From NCBI GenBank assembly GCA_037441385.1, contig JBBISH010000008.1:1-64000 (forward strand): a stretch of DNA of 64,000 nucleotides, given 5' to 3'. Of this stretch, positions 1 to 11,086 are shown in pieces (positions within the stretch are counted from its first letter, which is position 1; each line of letters opens with the position of its first letter). The translations under genes were made by a program, and so were the position numbers. This DNA is from Myxococcales bacterium. GTDB lineage: Bacteria; Myxococcota_A; UBA9042. The notes beneath the pieces are model-generated. The model ran no database searches, was not told where the DNA came from, and was given only the letters and a program-made list of their open reading frames with translations.

Positions 1-323
1 GCTCCGGCGCGGCCGGCGGCGACGGCGGGCAGGGCGGCGCCAGCGGCGAGGGCGAAAGCAAGACCTTCTGCACGTCCAAGGGCGGCAACGGCGGCTTGGG
101 GGGCACCGGCGGCCACGGCGGCGGCGGCGGCGGTGGCGCGGGCGGCCCCAGCGTGTTGTTGGCCACGGTCGGCTTCGAGCCTGGCACCGCCAAGACGCTG
201 TCGCAGGGCAACCTGCTCAAATCGCTGGGCAAAGGTGGAAAGGGCGGCCTGGGCGGCCCGTCGATCGGCGCCTTTGGGTTTGCGGGCGAGACTGGCTTGG
301 CCGGTTTCGTGCTGGAATTGTAG
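1..323 (+). CDS. 3' end of a Gly-rich (PE-PGRS-like GGxGGxGG) surface or secreted protein, truncated by the window edge
   Basis: Open frame from the window start to TAG at 321-323, with GGDGGQGG/GGGGGGGAGGPS repeats. Confidence 0.7.
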   Translation, partial: SGAAGGDGGQGGASGEGESKTFCTSKGGNGGLGGTGGHGGGGGGGAGGPSVLLATVGFEPGTAKTLSQGNLLKSLGKGGKGGLGGPSIGAFGFAGETGLAGFVLEL

Positions 324-336
324 TCCGGGGCAACCG

Positions 337-2100
337 CTACATGAACGCCGGGTCGCGGTAGACGCCGAACTCACTGCGGAACACGTCGCTGATTTCGCCC
401 AGCGTCACGCCGGCTTTGACCGCCGCCAGGATCGCCACCACCAGGTTCGACCCATCTTGGCACGCGGTATGCACGCCCTGCAGCGCCGCGCTGGCCGCCG
501 CCTGATCGCGGTTCTGCTTGTGTTCTTTGCAGCGGGCGATCTGCGAGCGCTCGACCTCGTGGTCGATGTGCAGCAGCGGAATGGCGTCGCTCTGCTCTTC
601 CACATAGGCGTTGACGCCCACGGTCTTGCGTTCGCCCGACTCGACGCGCCGCTGGAAGGCAAAGGCGCTTTCGGCAATTTCCTTTTGCGGGTAACCGAGT
701 TCAATGGCCCGCACGATGCCGCCCAAGTCGTCGATCTTGCGGATGTAGTACAGGGCCTCTTCTTCCATCTCGTCGGTCAGCTTTTCGACAAAGTACGAAC
801 CGGCCAGCGGATCGACGGCGTTGGCCACCCCCGACTCTTCCAGGAGCAACTGCTGTGTGCGCAAAGCGAGTTTGGCCGCGCCTTCCGTGGGCAGCGCATA
901 GGTCTCGTCCAGCGAGTTGGTGTGCAGCGACTGGGTGCCGCCCAGGATCGCCGACAGGGCCTGCCAGGTGGTCCGCACCACGTTGTTCATCGGCTGCTGC
1001 GCCGTCAGCGACACGCCGGCCGTCTGGCAGTGGGTCCGCAGCATCATCGAGCGCGGGTTCTTGGCGCCAAAGCGCTCTTTCATGATGCGCGCCCACAGGC
1101 GGCGGGCCGCGCGCAGCTTGCCGATCTCCTCGAAGAAGTCGTTGTGCACGTCAAAGAAGAAGCTGAGGCGCGGCGCAAATTCGTCCACGTCCAAGCCCGC
1201 TTCGATGCCGGCCTGCACGTAGCCGATGCCGTCCGCCAGTGTAAAGGCCAGCTCTTGGGCCGCCGTCGCCCCGGCCTCGCGGATGTGGTAGCCCGAGATC
1301 GAAATCGTGTTCCACTTCGGCAAGTTCTTGGTGCAGAACACCAACATGTCGCGGATGATGCGCATCGACGGCCGCGGCGGGCTGATCCACTCCTTTTGCG
1401 CAATGAATTCCTTCAGGATGTCGTTCTGCAGCGTGCCCGAGATTTGGTCGTGGGGCACCCCTTGCCGCTCGGCCACCGCCACGTACAGGGCCAACATCAC
1501 GATGGCCGGCGCGTTGATGGTCATCGACGTCGACACCTGCCCCAGCGGGATGTCGCCGAACAGCCGCTCCATGTCGCTCAGGCTGCACACCGACACGCCC
1601 TCGCGGCCCACTTCGCCTTCCGCCATGGCGTGATCGGGGTCGTAGCCCATCAGGGTGGGCATGTCGAAGGCCGTCGACAGGCCGGTCTGGCCCTGCTGCA
1701 GCAAGAACTTGAAGCGCCGGTTGGTGTCTTCGGGTGTGCCAAAGCCCGCGAACATGCGCATCGTCCACGGTTTGCCGCGGTACATGTTGACGTGCACGCC
1801 GCGCGTAAACGGGTACTGGCCCGGCACGCCGATCTGCTCGAAGTACTCGGGCGGCAGCTGCTTGGGGAAGTAGGCGACGTCGATCGGCCGCGCGTCGAGC
1901 GATGGGAATTGGCCTTTGTACGACGAGGCTTTGCGGGCCTGGGCCGCGTACTGCTGCAGGCGCGGGTCGGCGTCGCCCGGCAGCGCGCTGGTGGCCACGG
2001 CCACGCCTGGACGACCGGCGGCGGGCGGCAGGTGACCGGTTTCGCCCGGCGCCCCAGACGGAGTGGACGCGTCCATGGAATTTCCCCGATCTTGTGCCAT
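337..2100 (-). CDS. icmA: B12-dependent acyl-CoA mutase large subunit (stand-alone substrate-binding domain); specificity residues match isobutyryl-CoA mutase
   Basis: Motifs [58 protein letters not shown]; no C-terminal DxHxxG B12 domain; start at 2100 or 2076. Confidence 0.85.
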   Translation of the reverse strand: MAQDRGNSMDASTPSGAPGETGHLPPAAGRPGVAVATSALPGDADPRLQQYAAQARKASSYKGQFPSLDARPIDVAYFPKQLPPEYFEQIGVPGQYPFTRGVHVNMYRGKPWTMRMFAGFGTPEDTNRRFKFLLQQGQTGLSTAFDMPTLMGYDPDHAMAEGEVGREGVSVCSLSDMERLFGDIPLGQVSTSMTINAPAIVMLALYVAVAERQGVPHDQISGTLQNDILKEFIAQKEWISPPRPSMRIIRDMLVFCTKNLPKWNTISISGYHIREAGATAAQELAFTLADGIGYVQAGIEAGLDVDEFAPRLSFFFDVHNDFFEEIGKLRAARRLWARIMKERFGAKNPRSMMLRTHCQTAGVSLTAQQPMNNVVRTTWQALSAILGGTQSLHTNSLDETYALPTEGAAKLALRTQQLLLEESGVANAVDPLAGSYFVEKLTDEMEEEALYYIRKIDDLGGIVRAIELGYPQKEIAESAFAFQRRVESGERKTVGVNAYVEEQSDAIPLLHIDHEVERSQIARCKEHKQNRDQAAASAALQGVHTACQDGSNLVVAILAAVKAGVTLGEISDVFRSEFGVYRDPAFM

Positions 2101-2160
2101 CCTTGCCTCGGCGTAGGCCGGCAGTGGGCTCCGGCGCCGCGGAAGTCTAACCGAACGAAG

Positions 2161-3198
2161 GTGCGCTTGCGAGCCAAAACCCAACCCGAGCCAGCAGTCC
2201 TGGGCGGTCCGCCGCGTACCGACCGGCGCACGTTGCAGGCGGTCCGACAGGCCGTGCGCTCGGGGGAGCTTTGGCAACCTGGGCACCGGATTTTGCTTGG
2301 TATTTCAGGCGGAAAGGACTCGGTCGCCGCCGCAGTGATCCTGGCCGCCCTGCGCCGCAGTCTGGGCCATCAGCTGGTGCTTGGCCACGTGGACCACGGC
2401 CTGCAGCCCAACTCCGCCGCCGCGGCCCCGCTCGTAGCTGCGCTTGCTCAGCGGCTGCGTGTCGAATTCCATAGTGTTCAAGCCGTTGTAGCCGATGGTC
2501 CTGACCTGGAGGGCCGCGCCCGCACGGCCCGCTACCAGGCCTTGGAACAACTGGGCAAGGACGTGAACTGTCCGCGGCTGGTCACGGCCCACCACGCCCA
2601 GGATCAAGCCGAGACGCTGCTCATGCGCGCCAGCCGTGGGGCCGGGTTGGCGGCGCTGCAGGGGGTGCGCCCGCTGCGCGAGGGCTGGGTGGTGCGGCCG
2701 TTCTTGGCGATCGATCGCGACGATCTGCGCGCCTTTGCCGCCGACCTGCCCTTCTGGGACGATCCGAGCAACCTCAGTGGCGACGCCACCCGCAACGCGG
2801 TGCGGCTGCAGGTCCTGCCCGTGCTCGAGGCCGCCTTACCGGGCGCGGTGGCGGGGTTGGCCCGCACGGCGCTGAATCTTCGGGGCGCCACGGCCGGCGT
2901 CGACTTCTGGCTGGAGCAAGCCCTGGCCGATCAGGTGCAGCGACCGGCGCCGGGGGTGCTGCGAGTCCCCACGGCGCGGATTCCGGACCGGGCCGAGGCG
3001 CTGGCCCCGCTGCTGCATTGGCTGGCCGCCGCCCTGAACCTGCCGCCGCCGTCGGCACGGGCGGTCCAGCAACTCCAGGCCTTGCGCGCCAAACCCGGCC
3101 CTGGCCTGGCGCGTCTCAGTGGCATGGACGTGCAGGCCCACCGCGACTTCTGGACGTTTTCGCGTCGCCACGTTGCGCGGCCCCAGGGTGCGGACTAA
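2161..3198 (+). CDS. tilS: tRNA(Ile)-lysidine synthetase
   Basis: PP-loop [31 protein letters not shown]; lies upstream of ftsH; start approximate (GTG). Confidence 0.9.
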   Translation: MRLRAKTQPEPAVLGGPPRTDRRTLQAVRQAVRSGELWQPGHRILLGISGGKDSVAAAVILAALRRSLGHQLVLGHVDHGLQPNSAAAAPLVAALAQRLRVEFHSVQAVVADGPDLEGRARTARYQALEQLGKDVNCPRLVTAHHAQDQAETLLMRASRGAGLAALQGVRPLREGWVVRPFLAIDRDDLRAFAADLPFWDDPSNLSGDATRNAVRLQVLPVLEAALPGAVAGLARTALNLRGATAGVDFWLEQALADQVQRPAPGVLRVPTARIPDRAEALAPLLHWLAAALNLPPPSARAVQQLQALRAKPGPGLARLSGMDVQAHRDFWTFSRRHVARPQGAD

Positions 3199-3325
3199 CC
3201 TGAGTTCAGGCAGCCGAGCCGGGCGCCTGGCACGTGCGACCTCGACCTGCGGCACTCACCCGCCGCGACCCCCCAAACGGTTCGCCCCTCGCCCCACCTG
3301 CCCGGCCCGCCTTCAAGGAGTTTTC

Positions 3326-5266
<1,941 letters not shown>

Positions 5267-5275
5267 GGACTTGCC

Positions 5276-6136
5276 ATGCAACTGGGCGGACGCGCAGTGG
5301 ATCTCCGGCGTCCGTGGGTTGTCGGCATCCTGAACCTGACCCCCGACTCCTTCAGCGATGGCGGCCTTTTGCAGAGCCGCGACGACGTGCTCTTTGCCGC
5401 CGAGCGCATGGTGGCCGAAGGGGCCGATCTACTGGATTTGGGTGGGGAATCGACTCGTCCGGGTGCAGAGCCGGTGGCCGAGCAAGAGGAACTCGATCGC
5501 GTCTTGCCGGCGATCGAAGCGCTGCGCACTCGCCTGGAAGTGCCCTTGTCGGCCGACACCCGCCGTGCGCAAGTGGCGAAGGAGGCGTTGGCCGCTGGCG
5601 CGGTCATGATCAATGACGTCAGCGGTTTTGGCGATCCGAACATGGGCGAGGTGGTGGCCGCGAGCGGCGCAGCTTGGGTACTGATGCACATGCCGCACCG
5701 CGTGGGGGCCATGGCGCCCAGTCAGCGCACGCCGGCCATGAGCGAGCAGTTGCACGAGGGGCTGCAGCAGGTGGCCGATGGGCTGGCGCACGCGGTGGCG
5801 CGGGCGGTGGCCGCCGGGGTTCCGCGCAGCCAATTGGCCGTGGATCCGGGCATCGGCTTTGGCAAAACGCTGGAGCAGAACCTTTGCCTCTTGCGCGGCG
5901 CGGCGCCGATTGCCATGCTCGACCTGCCGGTGTACCTCGGGCCGTCGCGCAAGTCGTTCATCGCCGCGGTGGCCCAGGCCGCTACGGCCGACCTGCCTGC
6001 GCAGCGCCTGTTTGGTACCGCAGCGGCGGTCGCGGCGGCCGTGCTGGGTGGCGCAGCCTTCGTGCGGGTGCACGACGTGGCGGCGATGCGCCAAGTGGTC
6101 GACGTGGCGGTGGCCCTGCGCGACGCGGGTCGGTAG
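5276..6136 (+). CDS. folP: Dihydropteroate synthase
   Basis: GILNLTPDSFSDGG, GGESTRPG, DPGIGFGK, SRKSF, RVHDV. Confidence 0.97.
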   Translation: MQLGGRAVDLRRPWVVGILNLTPDSFSDGGLLQSRDDVLFAAERMVAEGADLLDLGGESTRPGAEPVAEQEELDRVLPAIEALRTRLEVPLSADTRRAQVAKEALAAGAVMINDVSGFGDPNMGEVVAASGAAWVLMHMPHRVGAMAPSQRTPAMSEQLHEGLQQVADGLAHAVARAVAAGVPRSQLAVDPGIGFGKTLEQNLCLLRGAAPIAMLDLPVYLGPSRKSFIAAVAQAATADLPAQRLFGTAAAVAAAVLGGAAFVRVHDVAAMRQVVDVAVALRDAGR

Positions 6137-6160
6137 CCGCCACACGGGTTCGGGAGGCCG

Positions 6161-7183
6161 ATGGACTGGAACCAGCTCAGCGACTGGCTGCACTGGCGGC
6201 GCCTGCTCGATGTCGGGCTGGTGGCGGCGCTGGTGTACCAAGTGCTGGTGCTGCTGCGCGGTTCGCGATCGGGCTCGCTGCTCACGTCGCTGGGCATCCT
6301 GTTTGGCGTGTACTACGGCAGCAGCGCCGACATGCTGGATCTGCCGACCGTGCATTGGATTTTGGACAAGATCCTGGCGTCGGTGGTAGTGGTGCTGGTG
6401 GTGCTGTTCCAAGAGGATTTGCGCCGGGCCTTGACCAGCACCCTGCGCTCGCCGCTGGCGGGGGCGCCCAAGGCCCGCCTGTCCGACGAGATCATTGACG
6501 AGATCGTGCGCGCGGCCGCCGAGCTGTCGTCGCGCGGGCTGGGCGCGCTCATCGTCGTGGAGCAGCAGGCGCCGCTGGATCGCTACATTCACGACGGCAT
6601 TGCGGTCGACGCCGAGCTGTCGTGGCAGATCCTGCTGGCGATGTTCATCCCCGAGCACGCGAGTCCCACGCACGACGGCGCGGTCGTGGTCAAGAAGGGC
6701 CGGATCGCCGCCGCGGCTTGCTTCTTGCCGCTGGCCGGCGGCGCGGGCATCCCCGGTACCTTGGGTTCGCGGCACCGCGCGGCCCTGGGCTTGGCCGACG
6801 AAACCGACGCGGTGGTGGTGGTGGTGAGCGAAGAGACCGCCACTTGCTCGCTGGCGCACATGGGCCAGCTGGATCTGGGCCTGTCGCCTGCCGATTTGCG
6901 CGAGCGGCTGCGCGTGTTGGTTGGCAGCACGGGGCACGGCGAAGCCTGGCGTGACCAGTCTTGGCGGCGCCGCATCCACTTCCATGCCAACGCGGACCCC
7001 ATGCCGTTGCGGCCGCCAGCCGCCCACGTGCCCTTGCCCCAAGACGACGGCGAAGAAGAAGCACACTTGCGGCCGCCCGCACCGATCCTGGACTTGGCCG
7101 ACGACGACGACCTGAGTCTGCAGGTCGACGGTCTGGGCGAAGAAGACGAACCCTACGCGCAAGAGAGTGGCGACGACTCGTAG
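6161..7183 (+). CDS. cdaA: Membrane diadenylate cyclase (c-di-AMP synthase, CdaA/DacA type)
   Basis: Three N-terminal TM helices, LFQEDLRRAL, DAC motifs HDGA and GSRHRAA, VSEET; acidic C-terminal tail. Confidence 0.92.
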   Translation: MDWNQLSDWLHWRRLLDVGLVAALVYQVLVLLRGSRSGSLLTSLGILFGVYYGSSADMLDLPTVHWILDKILASVVVVLVVLFQEDLRRALTSTLRSPLAGAPKARLSDEIIDEIVRAAAELSSRGLGALIVVEQQAPLDRYIHDGIAVDAELSWQILLAMFIPEHASPTHDGAVVVKKGRIAAAACFLPLAGGAGIPGTLGSRHRAALGLADETDAVVVVVSEETATCSLAHMGQLDLGLSPADLRERLRVLVGSTGHGEAWRDQSWRRRIHFHANADPMPLRPPAAHVPLPQDDGEEEAHLRPPAPILDLADDDDLSLQVDGLGEEDEPYAQESGDDS

Positions 7184-7189
7184 GGGCGA

Positions 7190-7639
7190 GTGTCGCGCAA
7201 CCACAAGGTATCTATGCGGAACTTGCTGCAACCCTTGATGGATCTGTTCACCGTCGAGCCCGGCCTGAAGGTGTTGGCCCTGTGCCTGGCGGTGCTGGTG
7301 CAACTGGCAGTAGAGCGCGAAAGCGGCGACGCCGAGCGCATGCTGTTTGGCCAACCCGTGGTCGTGCGCGGCTGTCCGGCAGGCGCGCGCTGCCAAGTCG
7401 ACCCCACCGAGGTCAACGTGCGCGCTCAGGGGCGGACAAGCCTGTTGCGCACGCTGGCCGCTGACCCGCCAGACAACTTGGTGATCGCTGACTTGGAGCC
7501 TGTGCTGGCCAACCGCGACGGGTTCGTTCATTTTTCGACGGGGCAACTCCCCGGCGTCACGCTGGCGGTCATCCCCACCGTTGCAAAGTTCACCGTGGTG
7601 TACGACGCTCCGCCCGCCAAGGCGGCGCCCACGCCGTGA
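7190..7639 (+). CDS. Short CdaR/YbbR-like regulator of diadenylate cyclase
   Basis: Immediately after cdaA; KVLALCLAVLV TM helix, then a beta-rich segment (PTEVNVRAQG) typical of YbbR. Confidence 0.6.
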   Translation: MSRNHKVSMRNLLQPLMDLFTVEPGLKVLALCLAVLVQLAVERESGDAERMLFGQPVVVRGCPAGARCQVDPTEVNVRAQGRTSLLRTLAADPPDNLVIADLEPVLANRDGFVHFSTGQLPGVTLAVIPTVAKFTVVYDAPPAKAAPTP

Positions 7640-7705
7640 GCTGTCGCCGCCCGACTCCGCAACCCAGCACTGCCCACCCCAACAACCAGCTGACTCCAGG
7701 CTAAA

Positions 7706-8965
7706 ATGGCGCTGATCGTTCAGAAATACGGCGGATCGTCGATGGGCTCCATCGAGCGCATCCAGCATGTGGCCCGCCGAGTCGCCCGGACGCAGGCGGC
7801 CGGCAACCGGGTGGTGGTCGTGGTGTCGGCCATGGCGGGCGAGACCGACCGCCTGCTCGGGCTGGCCAGCAAGATCTCGGGCAAGCCCCGCGACCGCGAG
7901 ATCGACGTGCTGTTGGCCACCGGCGAGCAGGTGTCGATCGCGCTTTTGGCGCTGGCCCTTGGCGAAATTGGCGTGGAGGCGCGCAGCCTTTTGGGCCATC
8001 AGGTCAAGATCGTCACCGACAACGTCCACGGCTCGGCGCGCATCCATACCATCGACGCGGCGCCGGTGCACGAGTGCCTGGATCGCGGCGAAGTCGTGGT
8101 GGTCGCTGGCTTTCAGGGCGTGGACCACGAGGGCAACATCACCACCTTGGGCCGCGGCGGCTCGGATCTCTCGGCGGTGGCGATGGCGGCGGCAGTCAAA
8201 GCCGATGCTTGCGAAATCTATAGCGATGTTGACGGGATCTACACGACCGATCCCAACCTGTACGCCAAGGCGCGCAAGATCGACCGCATCTCCAGTGAAG
8301 AGATGCTGGAGCTGGCCAGCCTGGGCGCCAAGGTGTTGCAGGCGCGCAGCGTGGAATTCGCTCTGAAGTACGGCGTGCCGATTTGCTGCAAATCAACATT
8401 TGACGACGGCGAAGGGAGCTGGGTGATGCCCGACCTGCCTGGAGGGAGCATGGGTTCGCTAGAAGGCGCTGTAGTGACTGGAATTGCCGCCGATCGTCAA
8501 GCGGCGCGCATCTCGGTGACGCGTATCCCCGATCGGGCGGGCGCGGCCGCCGAACTGTTCGAACCGCTGGCGCGCGAGGCGATCAACGTCGACGTCATCG
8601 TCCAGACCGCCCCGCAAGACGGCCACTGCGACCTGTCGTTCACGGTGCCCAAGGCCTCGGCCAAGCAGGCGCAGGAGCTGCTGGAGAGCTTGCGCGGCGA
8701 GTTGGGCTTTGCCGAAGTGCGCATCGACGACCGGGTGGCCAAGGTCTCGATCGTCGGCGCGGGCATGCGCAGTCAACCTGGCGTGGCGCTTCGTTGTTTC
8801 CGGGCCTTGGGCCAGGCCGGCGTGAACCTGCAGCTCATTTCCACCTCCGAGATCAAGATCTCGGTCGTGGTGGACGAGCGTTTTGCCGAGGCGGCGGTGC
8901 GGGTGCTGCACGACGCGTTCGAGCTGGACAAGCCGCAGAGCGAGCGCAAGGGTCTGCACGACTGA
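7706..8965 (+). CDS. lysC: Aspartate kinase
   Basis: [33 protein letters not shown], two ACT domains, ISTSEIKIS. Confidence 0.97.
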   Translation: MALIVQKYGGSSMGSIERIQHVARRVARTQAAGNRVVVVVSAMAGETDRLLGLASKISGKPRDREIDVLLATGEQVSIALLALALGEIGVEARSLLGHQVKIVTDNVHGSARIHTIDAAPVHECLDRGEVVVVAGFQGVDHEGNITTLGRGGSDLSAVAMAAAVKADACEIYSDVDGIYTTDPNLYAKARKIDRISSEEMLELASLGAKVLQARSVEFALKYGVPICCKSTFDDGEGSWVMPDLPGGSMGSLEGAVVTGIAADRQAARISVTRIPDRAGAAAELFEPLAREAINVDVIVQTAPQDGHCDLSFTVPKASAKQAQELLESLRGELGFAEVRIDDRVAKVSIVGAGMRSQPGVALRCFRALGQAGVNLQLISTSEIKISVVVDERFAEAAVRVLHDAFELDKPQSERKGLHD

Positions 8966-8976
8966 TCGCGGCTGGG

Positions 8977-9028
8977 CTAGTACACCAAACCTCAAGTCCT
9001 TTCAGAGTTGCCGATGCCGGTGTACTAG
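8977..9028. repeat. 52-bp element with perfect 10-bp terminal inverted repeat (CTAGTACACC...GGTGTACTAG), MITE-like
   Basis: Read directly from the sequence. Confidence 0.7.
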
Positions 9029-9108
9029 GCGGCGCTAGCCGCGCGCGGGGGTCGCAGGGGGCGGGGATCCCAGAGTGCGCGGCGCGCCCCCTTTGCCCAC
9101 TCAAAAGG

Positions 9109-9168
9109 CTAGTACTACGAACCATTCGACAGGCCTAACCCTGAACGTACTCCGGTTTGCAGTACTAG
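9109..9168. repeat. 60-bp element with imperfect 15-bp terminal inverted repeat (CTAGTACTACGAACC...GGTTTGCAGTACTAG), MITE-like
   Basis: Read directly; same CTAGTAC...GTACTAG ends as 8977-9028; right end overlaps the stop codon of the minus-strand gene. Confidence 0.7.
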
Positions 9169-10079
9169 TTCGGCCAGCGATCGCGCCCCGGCCAGGTGGC
9201 AAACGGCTCCAGATTCTTGGGCTTGATCGACACGTACACGCCGCGGGTCAGCAGAACCGGCTGGCCGTTGGCAAACAGCCCGGCGCGCAGCAGCAGCGTG
9301 CGGCCGTCGCGCCCCACCAACTCGGCCTGGATCTGCAGCGGCTGCCGCGACGGCGCCGGGGCCAGGAACTGGCTGTGGATCTGCGCACCTGGCGCCACGT
9401 GGCCTTCGCACCAGCAGGCCCAGCCCATGGCCTCGTCGCACAGGGCCGCCAGCAGTCCGCCGTGGACGTGACCCGGCAATCCCTCGCTCTCTGGACCAAA
9501 TTGCAGCGTGCCCAGCACTTTGCGCTCAGCGGCCCGCCAGTGCCAGTCCAACTGCAGGTCGCTGTGGCGCAGGTGCTGACTCGCCCCGCAGAGCGCGTCG
9601 GTGGTCAGGACGCCAGCGCCGAGATCGGCCGCCTGGGGCAGCTCGGGCGGCTGCCAGCCGGGGGCCGCCATCTGGAAGCCTTCGAACGTGAAGGCCGGCG
9701 CCACCGTGCAGCTGACCAGCGTCCAGGCGCCCAGCGGCGCCGCCGCCTGCCAATGCCCAGGTGGGATCACCCGTTGGGGGATCTGGCCGCGCACGGGATC
9801 GCCGCCCAGGCGCACCGTTTGCGGCGGGTTCTGGCCATCCCAGGTCTGCAGCTGCAGGGGATCCCCGGCGTGGAAGTGCCAGATCTCTGTGGCGTCCACG
9901 CGGTGCCAGTGCGATCGTTCGCCGCGCTGCAACAGGTAGTAAATGGCGGTGGCGTGACCGCGCTGCCCCGGTTCCGCCGCGGCGCGCCACGTCTCGCGGT
10001 ACCAGCCGCCCTCGGGATGGGGCTGCAGACCGAGCTGCCTAATGATATCGCGTGCTTGCGTGTCGAGTGTCTGACTCAT
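9165..10079 (-). CDS. DUF985/Cupin_5 domain fused to a PaaI-type hotdog thioesterase
   Basis: N-half LQPHPEGGWYRET, TAIYYLL, SHWHRV..EIWHFHAG, CTVAPAF; C-half GLPGHVHGGLLAALCDEAMG; single frame. Confidence 0.85.
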   Translation of the reverse strand: MSQTLDTQARDIIRQLGLQPHPEGGWYRETWRAAAEPGQRGHATAIYYLLQRGERSHWHRVDATEIWHFHAGDPLQLQTWDGQNPPQTVRLGGDPVRGQIPQRVIPPGHWQAAAPLGAWTLVSCTVAPAFTFEGFQMAAPGWQPPELPQAADLGAGVLTTDALCGASQHLRHSDLQLDWHWRAAERKVLGTLQFGPESEGLPGHVHGGLLAALCDEAMGWACWCEGHVAPGAQIHSQFLAPAPSRQPLQIQAELVGRDGRTLLLRAGLFANGQPVLLTRGVYVSIKPKNLEPFATWPGRDRWPN

Positions 10080-10202
10080 GGCGCTCCTTCGCAGTCCCTT
10101 TGCCGCCGCCATTGCACCGCGAGCGCGCCACCCCTTGCAAGTCTTGGCAGAAACGGGCATCCCTTGCTCCAGCCGCGCCCGCTCGCCGGCGCTTGGAGCA
10201 TC

Positions 10203-10715
10203 GTGCCGCACCCCGATCCATTGCTCGAAATTCAGCGCATTCCCTCCATGCCGTGTGGACTGTACCGAACCGGCAGGGCACTCACCGGCGCGGAGGACGA
10301 GGTGCCGGCCGAGGCCCTGGTGCACCTGCACGATCACCGCCCCGAAGAGTGGCCGACCGTGCACATGCCCGTCGATCAACAGGGCATCCACTGGCAATTT
10401 GACGAGTCTGGTTGCCAGGCCGTCGATCCCGCCTTCCTGATCGACCTGGTGCCGCTGGCGCCCGAGGGGTGGTACGTGCTGCGCCAGCCGCTGGCCACCG
10501 GGGGTCCTGACGACGCGACCTTGCCCGCCCGCTCGCTCGTGCTGCTGGGCTACAACCGCAATGCGCACTGCATCTTGTTCCCGGCTCAGTTTGGCCTGCG
10601 CGAGGTTCGCTTTGCAGAACGAGGGTTTCTCTTTGAAGATTTGGCCGTTCTAGAGGCGCTAGAGGCCGTCAACTTCGACGTGCCCGACGGCGACACCGGT
10701 CGCATCGTCCACTGA
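10203..10715 (+). CDS. Hypothetical protein
   Basis: GGAG before GTG 10203 (alternative ATG 10248); coding-like composition; ends GRIVH-stop. Confidence 0.65.
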   Translation: MPHPDPLLEIQRIPSMPCGLYRTGRALTGAEDEVPAEALVHLHDHRPEEWPTVHMPVDQQGIHWQFDESGCQAVDPAFLIDLVPLAPEGWYVLRQPLATGGPDDATLPARSLVLLGYNRNAHCILFPAQFGLREVRFAERGFLFEDLAVLEALEAVNFDVPDGDTGRIVH

Positions 10716-10739
10716 CGCGCCCAACTTCCAATTCGTTGG

Positions 10740-10874
10740 GGGTTGCCGCCGTTGGCGTACTCGAACACACACGGTCATCTCTTGGGGCCCGAACCGACGT
10801 CCCTGTCTGATTCTCGCCAGTTGCATGGCAGGTCAGATGAGCGCACCGGCGTGAATCCGGTGGGGTGCGCGTGA
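10740..10874 (+). repeat. Dispersed ~135-bp structured intergenic repeat, copy A (most diverged)
   Basis: Shares GGGCCCGAACC, GTCCC, CTGATTCTCGCC, GTTGCA, GGTCAG, GGCGTGAATC in the same order and spacing with 59394-59526 and 62256-62387. Confidence 0.8.
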
Positions 10875-11086
10875 CTCGTCCGCCAGACCCAGAACCCGCC
10901 TCTGTGCGTCGCAATCCCATGCCCCCTGCGATGGGCTGGCCCGCGAGTACGCAAAACCACGAAGTGCCGCCACAATGGGTTGCGCAACCAACGCAGTCAC
11001 GCTAAGAAGGCGGTTGGGTCGTTGCGACGCGGGTGTCTCGCGGAGGCGGTCCGCGCCGTCCCTGCCCGCTCTGCCCGGAGGAACCC

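Noticed and set aside
133..2160. 1021-aa ORF 133..3198 apparently fusing a long N-terminus to TilS
   Set aside because: The N-terminal part is the antisense shadow of the mutase gene; only 2161-3198 is TilS
10716..10740. GCCCAACTT hairpin similar to the one at 16951-16975
   Set aside because: Shared identity is only about 9 nt and is compatible with chance
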